Below are positions 50,601 through 62,600 of a stretch of DNA of 64,000 bases, in pieces. The notes below the pieces were generated by a model. It made no database searches, had not been told where the DNA came from, and saw only the letters and a list, made by a program, of their open reading frames with translations. This DNA comes from Lingula anatina (lineage: Eukaryota; Animalia; Brachiopoda): positions 28,340,401-28,404,400 of the forward strand of contig CM120641.1 in assembly GCA_051362555.1 (NCBI GenBank). Direction: 5' to 3'. The position numbers and the translations under genes were made by a program. Every line of letters starts with the position of its first letter. Positions within the stretch are counted from its first letter, which is position 1.

Positions 50601-53600
50601 TGGTTAAATTGAAAAATTCTAATCTAGTTTTTCATTTCTTTTTACAGGACAAAGAAGATGATGAGCGACCCTACCCGGACATGGACTTCACTCTTGAATC
50701 CAAGCTAAGGTTAGTAAATTTTATTTTTCTTTGGTGGTGGGATGGGTAATTTGAAAATATCTTATCTTGTTTTTCATTTCTTTTTACAGGACAAAGAAGA
50801 TGATGAGCGACCCCACCCGGAACATGGACTTCACTCTTGGATCCAAGCTAAGGTTAGTAAATTTTATTTTTTGGGGGGTAGTGGGATGGTTAAATTGAAA
50901 AAATCTAATGTTGTTTTTCATTTCTTTTTACAGGACAAAGAAGACGATGAGCGACCCCAGCAGGACATGGACTTCACTCTTGGATCCAAGCTAAGGTTAG
51001 TAAATTTTTTTTTTTGGTAGTGGGATGGGTAAATTGAAAATATCTAACCTTGTTTTTCATTTCTTTTTACAGGACAAAGAAGATGATGAGCAACCCCACC
51101 CGGACATGGACTTCACTCTTGGATCCAAGCTAAGGTTAGTAAATTTTATTTTAAGGGGGTAGTGGGATTGTTAATTTGAAAAAATCTAATCTAGTTTTTC
51201 ATTTACTTTTATAGGATAAAGAAGATGATGAGCGACCCCACCCGGACATAGACTTCACTCTTGGATCTAAGCTAAGGTTAGTAAATTTTATTTTTCTTTG
51301 GTGGTAGGATGGGTAATTTGAAAATATCTTATCTTGTTTTTCATTTCTTTTTACAGGACAAAGAAGATGCTGAGTGACCCCACCCGGAACATGGACTTCA
51401 CTCTTGGATCCAAGCTAAGGTTAGTAAATTTTATTTTTTGGGGGGTAGTGGGATGGTTAAATTGAAAAATTCTAATCTAGTTTTTCATTTCTTTTTACAT
51501 TCTTTTTACAGGACAAAGAAGATGATGAGCGACCCCACCCGGACATGGACTTCACTCTTGGATCCAAGTTAAGGTTAGTAAATTTTATTTTTTGGGGGGT
51601 AGTGGGATGGTTAAATTGAGAAAATCTAATCTTGTTTTTCATTTCTTTTTACAGGACAAAGAAGACGATGAGCAACCCCACCAGGACATGGACTTCACTC
51701 TTGGATCCAAGCTAAGGTTAGTAAATTTTATTTTTTTTGGTAGTGTGATGGGTAAATTGAAAATATCTAACCTTGTTTTTCATTTCTTTTTACAGGACAA
51801 AGAAGATGATCAGCAACCCCACCCGGACATGGACTTCACTCTTGGATCCAAGCTAAGGTTAGTAAATTTTATTTTAAGTTGGTAGTGGGATTGTTAATTT
51901 GAAAAAATCTAATCTAGTTTTTCATTTACTTTTACAGGACAAAGAAGATGATGAGCGACCCCACCCATAAATGGACTTCACTCTTGGATCTAAGCTAAGG
52001 TTAGTAAATTTTATTTTTCTTTGGTGGTAGGATGGTTAATTTGAAAAAATCTAATCTTGGTTTTCATTTATTTTTACAGGACAAAGAAGATGATGAGCGA
52101 CCCCACCAGGACATGGACTTCACTCTTGGATCCAAGCTAAGGTTAGTAAATTTTATTTTTTTTGGTAGTGGGATGGGTAAATTGAAAATATCTAACCTTG
52201 TTTTTTATTTCTTTTTACAGGATAAAGAAGATGATGAGCAACCCCACCCGGACATGGACTTCACTCTTGGATCCAAGCTAAGGTTAGTAAATTTTATTTT
52301 AAGGGGGTAGTGGGATTGTTAATTTGAAAAAATCTAATCTAGTTTTTCATTTACTTTTACAGGACAAAGAAGATGATGAGCGACCCCACCCGGACATGGA
52401 CTTCACTCTTGGATCCAAGCTAAGGTTAGTAAATTTTATTTTAAGGGGGTAGTGGGATTGTTAATTTGAAAAAATCTAATCTAGTTTTTCATTGACTTTT
52501 ACAGGACAAAGAAGATGATGAGCGACCCCACCCGGATATGGACTTCACTCTTGGATCCAAGCTAAGGTTAGTAAATTTTATTTTAAGGGGATAGTGGGAT
52601 GGTTAAATTGAAAAAATCTAATCTAGTTTTTCATTTCTTTTTACAGGACAAAGAAGACGATGAGCAACCCCATCAGGACATGGACTTCACTCTTGGATCC
52701 AAGCTAAGGTTAGTAAATTTTATTTTTTTTGGTAGTGTGATGGGTAAATTGAAAATATCTAACCTTGTTTTTCATTTCTTTTTACAGGACAAAGAAGATG
52801 ATGAGCAACCCCACCCGGACATGGACTTCACTCTTGGATCCAAGCTAAGGTTAGTAAATTTTATTTTAAGGGGGTAGTGGGATTGTTAATTTGAAAAAAT
52901 CTAATCTAGTTTTTCATTTACTTTTACAGGACAAAGAAGATGATGAGCGACCCCACCCATAAATGGACTTCACTCTTGGATCTAAGCTAAGGTTAGTAAA
53001 TTTTATTTTTCTTTGGTGGTAGGATGGTTAATTTGAAAAAATCTAATCTTGTTTTTCATTTCTTTTTACAGGACAAAGAAGATGATGAGCGACCCCACCA
53101 GGACATGGACTTCACTCTTGGATCCAAGCTAAGGTTAGTAAATTTTATTTTTTTTGGTAGTGGGATGGGTAAATTGAAAATATGTAACCTTGTTTTTTAT
53201 TTCTTTTTACAGGATAAAGAAGATGATGAGCAACCCCACCCGGACATGGACTTCACTCTTGGATCCAAGCCAAGGTTAGTAAATTTTATTTTAAGGGAGT
53301 AGTGGGATTGTTAATTTGAAAAAATCTAATCTAGTTTTTCATTTACTTTTACAGGACAAAGAAGATGATGAGCGACCCCACCCGGACATGGACTTCACTC
53401 TTGGATCCAAGCTAAGGTTAGTAAATTTTATTTTAAGGGGGTAGTGGGATTGTTAATTTGAAAAAATCTAATCTAGTTTTTCATTGACTTTTACAGGACA
53501 AAGAAGATGATGAGCGACCCCACCCGGATATGGACTTCACTCTTGGATCCAAGCTAAGGTTAGTAAATTTTGTTTTAAGGGGGTAGTGGGATGGTTAAAT

Positions 53601-56600
53601 TGAAAAAATCTAATCTAGTTTTTCATTTCTTTTTACAGGACAAAGAAGATGATGAGCGACCCCACCCGGACATGGACTTCACTCTTGGATCCAAGCTAAG
53701 GTTAGTAAATTTTATTTTTCTTTGGTGGTGGGATGGGTAATTTGAAAATATCTTATCTTGCTTTTCATTTCTTTTTACAGGACAAAGAAGATGATGAGCG
53801 ACCCCAACCGGAACATGGATTTCACTCTTGGATCCAAGCTAAGGTTAGTAAATTTTATTTTTTTGGGGGGTAGTGGGATGGTTAAATTGAAAAAATCTAA
53901 TCTTGTTTTTCATTTCTTTTTACAGGACAAAGAAGATGATGAGCAACCCCACCAGGACATGGACTTCACTCTTGGATCCAAGCTAAGGTTAGTAAATTTT
54001 ATTTTTTTTGGTAGTGGGATGGGTAAATTGAAAATATCTAACCTTGTTTTTTATTTCTTTTTACAGGATAAAGAAGATGATGAGCAACCCCACCCGGACA
54101 TGGACTTCACTCTTGGATCTGAGCTAAGGTTAGTAAATTTTATTTTAAGGGGGTAGTGGGATTGTTAATTTGAAAAAATCTAATCTAGTTTTTCATTTAC
54201 TTTTACAGGACAAAGAAGATGATGAGCGACCCCACCCGGACATGGACTTCACTCTTGGATCCAAGCTAGGGTTAGTAAATTTTATTTTATGGGGGTAGTG
54301 GGATGGTTAAATTGAAAAAATCTAATCTACTTTTTCATTTCTTTTTACAGGACAAAGAAGATGATGAGCAACCCCACCCGGACATGGACTTCACTCTTGG
54401 ATCCAAGCTAAGGTTAGTAAATTTTATTTTTGTGGGTTAGTGGGATGGTTAAATTGAAAAATTCTAATCTAGTTTTTCATTTCTTTTTACAGGACAAAGA
54501 AGATGATGAGCGACCCTACCCGGACATGGACTTCACTCTTGAATCCAAGCTAAGGTTAGTAAATTTTATTTTTCTTTGGTGGTGGGATGGGTAATTTGAA
54601 AATATCTAACCTTGTTTTTCATTTCTTTTTACAGGACAAAGAAGATGATCAGCAACCCCACCCGGACATGGACTTCACTCTTGGATCTAAGCTAAGGTTA
54701 GTAAATTTTATTTTAAGGGGGTAGTGGGATGGTTAAATTGAAAAAATCTAATCTAGTTTTTCATTTCTTTTTACAGGACAAAGAAGACGATGAGCGACCC
54801 CAGCAGGACATGGACTTCACTCTTGGATCCAAGCTAAGGTTAGTAAATTTTTTTTTTGGTAGTGGGATGGGTAAATTGAAAATATCTAACCTTGTTTTTC
54901 ATTTCTTTTTACAGGACAAAGAAGATGATGAGCAACCCCACCCGGACATGGACTTCACTCTTGGATCCAAGCTAAGGTTAGTAAATTTTATTTTAAGGGG
55001 GTAGTGGGATTGTTAATTTGAAAAAATCTAATCTAGTTTTTCATTTACTTTTACAGGACAAAGAAGATGATGAGCGACCCCACCCGGACATGGACTTCAC
55101 TCTTGGATCCAAGCTAAGGTTAGTAAATTTTATTTTTTTTGGTGGTGGGATGGGTAATTTGAAAATATCTTATCTTGTTTTTCATTTCTTTTTACAGGAC
55201 AAAGAAGATGATGAGCGACCCCACCCGGAACATGGACTTCACTCTTGGATCCAAGCTAAGGTTAGTAAATTTTATTTTTTTGGGGGTAGTGGGATGGTTA
55301 AATTGAAAAAATCTAATCTTGTTTTTCATTTCTTTTTACAGGACAAAGAAGACGATGAGCGACCCCAGCAGGACATGGACTTCACTCTTGGATCCAAGCT
55401 AAGGTTAGTAATTTTTTTTTTTGGTAGTGGGATGGGTAAATTGAAAATATCTAACCTTGTTTTTCATTTCTTTTTACAGGACAAAGAAGATGATGAGCAA
55501 CCCCACCCGGACATGGACTTCACTCTTGGATCCAAGCTAAGGTTAGTAAATTTTATTTTAAGGGGGTAGTGGGATTGTTAATTTGAAAAAATCTAATCTA
55601 GTTTTTAATTTACTTTTACAGGACAAAGAAGATGATGAGCGACCCCACCCATAAATGGACTTCACTCTTGGATCCAAGCTAAGGTTAGTAAATTTTATTT
55701 TTTTTGGTAGTGGGATGGGTAAATTGAAAATATCTAACCTTGTTTTTTATTTCTTTTTACAGGATAAAGAAGATGATGAGCAACCCCACCCGGACATGGA
55801 CTTCACTCTTGGATCCAAGCTAAGGTTAGTAAATTTTATTTTAAGGGGGTAGTGGGATTGTTAATTTGAAAAAAATCTAATCTAGTTTTTCATTTACTTT
55901 TACAGGACAAAGAAGATGATGAGCGACCCCACCCGGACATGGACTTCACTCTTGGATCCAAGCTAAGGTTAGTAAATTTTATTTTAAGGGGGTAGTGGGA
56001 TGGTTAAATTGAAAAAATCTAATCTAGTTTTTCATTTCTTTTTACAGGACAAAGAAGACGATGAGCGACCCCACCAGGACATGGACTTCACTCTTGGATC
56101 CAAGCTAAGGTTAGTAAATTTTATTTTAAGGGGGTAGTGGGATTGTTAATTTGAAAAAATCTAATCTAGTTTTTCATTTACTTTTACAGGACAAAGAAGA
56201 TGATGAGCGACCCCACCCATAAATGGACTTCACTCTTGGATCTAAGCTAAGGTTAGTAAATTTTATTTTCCTTTGGTGGTAGGATGGTTAATTTGAAAAA
56301 ATCTAATCTTGTTTTTCATTTCTTTTTACAGGACAAAGAAGATGATGAGCGACCCCACCAGGACATGGACTTCACTCTTGGATCCAAGCTAAGGTTAGTA
56401 AATTTTATTTTAAGGGGGTAGTGGGATTGTTAATTTGAAAAAATCTAATCTAGTTTTTCATTGACTTTTACAGGACAAAGAAGATGATGAGCGACCCCAC
56501 CCGGATATGGACTTCACTCTTGGATCCAAGCTAAGGTTAGTAAATTTTATTTTAAGGGGGTAGTGGGATGGTTAAATTGAAAAAATCTAATCTAGTTTTT

Positions 56601-59600
56601 CATTTCTTTTTACAGGACAAAGAAGATGATGAGCGACCCCACTCGGACATGGACTTCACTCTTGGATCCAAGCTAAGGTTAGTAAATTTTATTTTTCTTT
56701 GGTGGTGGGATGGGTAATTTGAAAATATCTTATCTTGCTTTTCATTTCTTTTTACAGGACAAAGAAGATGATGAGCGACCCCAACCGGAACATGGACTTC
56801 ACTCTTGGATCCAAGCTAAGGTTAGTAAATTTTATTTTTTTTGGTAGTGGGATGGTTAAATTGAAAAAATCTAATCTTGTTTTTCATTTCTTTTTACAGG
56901 ACAAAGAAGATGATGAGCAACCCCACCAGGACATGGACTTCACTCTTGGATCCAAGCTAAGGTTAGTAAATTTTATTTTTTTTGGTAGTGGGATGGGTAA
57001 ATTGAAAATATCTAACCTTGTTTTTTATTTCTTTTTACAGGATAAAGAAGATGATGAGCAACCCCACCCGGACATGTACTTCACTCTTGGATCTGAGCTA
57101 AGGTTAGTAAATTTTATTTTAAGGGGGTAGTGGGATTGTTAATTTGAAAAAATCTAATCTAGTTTTTCATTTACTTTTACAGGACAAAGAAGATGATGAG
57201 CGACCCCACCCGGACATGGACTTCACTCTTGGATCCAAGCTAGGGTTAGTAAATTTTATTTTATGGGGGTAGTGGGATGGTTAAATTGAAAAAATCTAAT
57301 CTACTTTTTCATTTCTTTTTACAGGACAAAGAAGATGATGAGCAACCCCACCCGGACATGGACTTCACTCTTGGATCCAAGCTAAGGTTAGTAAATTTTA
57401 TTTTTGTGGGTTAGTGGGATGGTTAAATTGAAAAATTCTAATCTAGTTTTTCATTTCTTTTTACAGGACAAAGAAGATGATGAGCGACCCTACCCGGACA
57501 TGGACTTCACTCTTGAATCCAAGCTAAGGTTAGTAAATTTTATTTTTCTTTGGTGGTGGGATGGGTAATTTGAAAATATCTTATCTTGTTTTTCATTTCT
57601 TTTTACAGGACAAAGAAGATGATGAGCGACCCCACCCGGAACATGGACTTCACTCTTGGATCCAAGCTAAGGTTAGTAAATTTTATTTTTTGGGGGGTAG
57701 TGGGATGGTTAAATTGAAAAAATCTAATCTTGTTTTTCATTTCTTTTTACAGGACAAAGAAGACGATGAGCGACCCCAGCAGGACATGGACTTCACTCTT
57801 GGATCCAAGCTAAGGTTAGTAAATTTTTTTTTTTGGTAGTGGGATGGGTAAATTGAAAATATCTAACCTTGTTTTTTATTTCTTTTTACAGGAGAAAGAA
57901 GATGATGAGCAACCCCACCCGGACATGGACTTCACTCTTGGATCCAAGCTAAGGTTAGTAAATTTTATTTTAAGGGGGTAGTGGGATTGTTAATTTGAAA
58001 AAAATCTAATCTAGTTTTTCATTTACTTTTACAGGACAAAGAAGATGATGAGCGACCCCACCCGGACATGGACTTCACTCTTGGATCCAAGCTAAGGTTA
58101 GTAAATTTTATTTTAAGGGGGTAGTGGGATGGTTAAATTGAAAAAATCTAATCTAGTTTTTCATTTCTTTTTACAGGACAAAGAAGACGATGAGCGACCC
58201 CACCAGGACATGGACTTCACTCTTGGATCCAAGCTAAGGTTAGTAAATTTTTTTTTTTTGGTAGTGTGATGGGTAAATTGAAATTATCTAACCTTGTTTT
58301 TCATTTCTTTTTACAGGACAAAGAAGATGATCAGCAACCCCACCCGGACATGGACTTCACTCTTGGATCCAAGCTAAGGTTAGTAAATTTTTTTTTTTTG
58401 GTAGTGGGATGGGTAAATTGAAAAAATCTAATCTACTTTTTCATTTCTTTTTACAGGACAAAGAAGACGATGAGCAACCCCACCAGGACATGGACTTCAC
58501 TCTTGGATCTAAGCTAAGGTTAGTAAATTTTATTTTCCTTTGGTGGTAGGATGGTTAATTTGAAAAAATCTAATCTTGTTTTTCATTTCTTTTTACAGGA
58601 CAAAGAAGATGATGAGCGACCCCACCAGGACATGGACTTCACTCTTGGATCCAAGCTAAGGTTAGTAAATTTTATTTTAAGGGGGTAGTGGGATTGTTAA
58701 TTTGAAAAAATCTAATCTAGTTTTTCATTGACTTTTACAGGACAAAGAAGATGATGAGCGACCCCACCCGGATATGGACTTCACTCTTGGATCCAAGCTA
58801 AGGTTAGTAAATTTTATTTTAAGGGGGTAGTGGGATGGTTAAATTGAAAAAATCTAATCTAGTTTTTCATTTCTTTTTACAGGACAAAGAAGATGATGAG
58901 CGACCCCACCCGGACATGGACTTCACTCTTGGATCCAAGCTAAGGTTAGTAAATTTTATTTTTCTTTGGTGGTGGGATGGGTAATTTGAAAATATCTTAT
59001 CTTGCTTTTCATTTCTTTTTACAGGACAAAGAAGATGATGAGCGACCCCAACCGGAACATGGACTTCACTCTTGGATCCAAGCTAAGGTTATTAAATTTT
59101 ATTTTTTTTGGTAGTGGGATGGTTAAATTGAAAAAATCTAATCTTGTTTTTCATTTCTTTTTACAGGACAAAGAAGATGATGAGCAACCCCACCAGGACA
59201 TGGACTTCACTCTTGGATCCAAGCTAAGGTTAGTAAATTTTATTTTTTTTGGTAGTGGGATGGGTAAATTGAAAATATCTAACCTTGTTTTTTATTTCTT
59301 TTTACAGGATAAAGAAGATGATGAGCAACCCCACCCGGACATGTACTTCACTCTTGGATCTGAGCTAAGGTTAGTAAATTTTATTTTAAGGGGGTAGTGG
59401 GATTGTTAATTTGAAAAAATCTAATCTAGTTTTTCATTTACTTTTACAGGACAAAGAAGATGATGAGCGACCCCACCCGGACATGGACTTCACTCTTGGA
59501 TCCAAGCTAGGGTTAGTAAATTTTATTTTATGGGGGTAGTGGGATGGTTAAATTGAAAAAATCTAATCTACTTTTTCATTTCTTTTTACAGGACAAAGAA

Positions 59601-62600
59601 GATGATGAGCAACCCCACCCGGACATGGACTTCACTCTTGGATCCAAGCTAAGGTTAGTAAATTTTATTTTTGTGGGTTAGTGGGATGGTTAAATTGAAA
59701 AATTCTAATCTAGTTTTTCATTTCTTTTTACAGGACAAAGAAGATGATGAGCGACCCTACCCGGACATGGACTTCACTCTTGAATCCAAGCTAAGGTTAG
59801 TAAATTTTATTTTTCTTTGGTGGTGGGATGGGTAATTTGAAAATATCTTATCTTGTTTTTCATTTCTTTTTACAGGACAAAGAAGATGATGAGCGACCCC
59901 ACCCGAAACATGGACTTCACTCTTGGATCCAAGCTAAGGTTAGTAAATTTTATTTTTTGGGGGGTAGTGGGATGGTTAAATTGAAAAAATCTAATCTTGT
60001 TTTTCATTTCTTTTTACAGGACAAAGAAGACGATGAGCGACCCCAGCAGGACATGGACTTCACTCTTGGATCCAAGCTAAGGTTAGTAAATTTTTTTTTT
60101 TTGGTAGTGGGATGGGTAAATTGAAAATATCTAACCTTGTTTTTCATTTCTTTTTACAGGACAAAGAAGATGATGAGCAACCCCACCCGGACATGGACTT
60201 CACTCTTGGATCCAAGCTAAGGTTAGTAAATTTTATTTTAAGGGGGTAGTGGGATTGTTAATTTGAAAAAAATCTAATCTAGTTTTTCATTTACTTTTAC
60301 AGGACAAAGAAGATGATGAGCGACCCCACCCGGACATGGACTTCACTCTTGGATCCAAGCTAAGGTTAGTAAATTTTATTTTTCTTTGGTGGTGGGATGG
60401 GTAATTTGAAAATATCTTATCTTGCTTTTCATTTCTTTTTACAGGACAAAGAAGATGATGAGCGACCCCAACCGGAACATGGACTTCACTCTTGGATCCA
60501 AGCTAAGGTTATTAAATTTTATTTTTTTTGGTAGTGGGATGGTTAAATTGAAAAAATCTAATCTTGTTTTTCATTTCTTTTTACAGGACAAAGAAGATGA
60601 TGAGCAACCCCACCAGGACATGGACTTCACTCTTGGATCCAAGCTAAGGTTAGTAAATTTTATTTTTTTTGGTAGTGGGATGGGTAAATTGAAAATATCT
60701 AACCTTGTTTTTTATTTCTTTTTACAGGATAAAGAAGATGATGAGCAACCCCACCCGGACATGTACTTCACTCTTGGATCTGAGCTAAGGTTAGTAAATT
60801 TTATTTTAAGGGGGTAGTGGGATTGTTAATTTGAAAAAATCTAATCTAGTTTTTCATTTACTTTTACAGGACAAAGAAGATGATGAGCGACCCCACCCGG
60901 ACATGGACTTCACTCTTGGATCCAAGCTAGGGTTAGTAAATTTTATTTTATGGGGGTAGTGGGATGGTTAAATTGAAAAAATCTAATCTACTTTTTCATT
61001 TCTTTTTACAGGACAAAGAAGATGATGAGCAACCCCACCCGGACATGGACTTCACTCTTGGATCCAAGCTAAGGTTAGTAAATTTTATTTTTGTGGGTTA
61101 GTGGGATGGTTAAATTGAAAAATTCTAATCTAGTTTTTCATTTCTTTTTACAGGACAAAGAAGATGATGAGCGACCCTACCCGGACATGGACTTCACTCT
61201 TGAATCCAAGCTAAGGTTAGTAAATTTTATTTTTCTTTGGTGGTGGGATGGGTAATTTGAAAATATCTTATCTTGTTTTTCATTTCTTTTTACAGGACAA
61301 AGAAGATGATGAGCGACCCCACCCGGAACATGGACTTCACTCTTGGATCCAAGCTAAGGTTAGTAAATTTTATTTTTTGGGGGGTAGTGGGATGGTTAAA
61401 TTGAAAAAATCTAATCTTGTTTTTCATTTCTTTTTACAGGACAAAGAAGACGATGAGCGACCCCAGCAGGACATGGACTTCACTCTTGGATCCAAGCTAA
61501 GGTTAGTAAATTTTTTTTTTTGGTAGTGGGATGGGTAAATTGAAAATATCTAACCTTGTTTTTCATTTCTTTTTACAGGACAAAGAAGATGATGAGCAAC
61601 CCCACCCGGACATGGACTTCACTCTTGGATCCAAGCTAAGGTTAGTAAATTTTATTTTAAGGGGGTAGTGGGATTGTTAATTTGAAAAAAATCTAATCTA
61701 GTTTTTCATTTACTTTTACAGGACAAAGAAGATGATGACAACCCCACCCGGACATGGACTTCACTCTTGGATCCAAGCTAAGGTTAGTAAATTTTATTTT
61801 AAGGGGGTAGTGGGATGGTTAAATTGAAAAAATCTAATCTAGTTTTTCATTTCTTTTTACAGGACAAAGAAGACGATGAGTGACCCCACCAGGACATGGA
61901 CTTCACTCTTGGATCCAAGCTAAGGTTAGTAAATTTTTTTTTTTTGGTAGTGTGATGGGTAAATTGAAATTATCTAACCTTGTTTTTCATTTCTTTTTAC
62001 AGGACAAAGAAGATGATCAGCAACCCCACCCGGACATGGACTTCACTCTTGGATCCAAGCTAAGGTTAGTAAATTTTATTTTAAGGGGGTAGTGGGATTG
62101 TTAATTTGAAAAAATCTAATCTAGTTTTTCATTTACTTTTACAGGACAAAGAAGATGATGAGCGACCCCACCCATAAATGGACTTCACTCTTGGATCTAA
62201 GCTAAGGTTAGTAAATTTTATTTTCCTTTGGTGGTAGGATGGTTAATTTGAAAAAATCTAATCTTGTTTTTCATTTCTTTTTACAGGACAAAGAAGATGA
62301 TGAGCGACCCCACCAGGACATGGACTTCACTCTTGGATCCAAGCTAAGGTTAGTAAATTTTATTTTAAGGGGGTAGTGGGATTGTTAATTTGAAAAAATC
62401 TAATCTAGTTTTTCATTGACTTTTACAGGACAAAGAAGATGATGAGCGACCCCACCCGGATATGGACTTCACTCTTGGATCCAAGCTAAGGTTAGTAAAT
62501 TTTATTTTAAGGGGGTAGTGGGATGGTTAAATTGAAAAAATCTAATCTAGTTTTTCATTTCTTTTTACAGGACAAAGAAGATGATGAGCGACCCCACCCG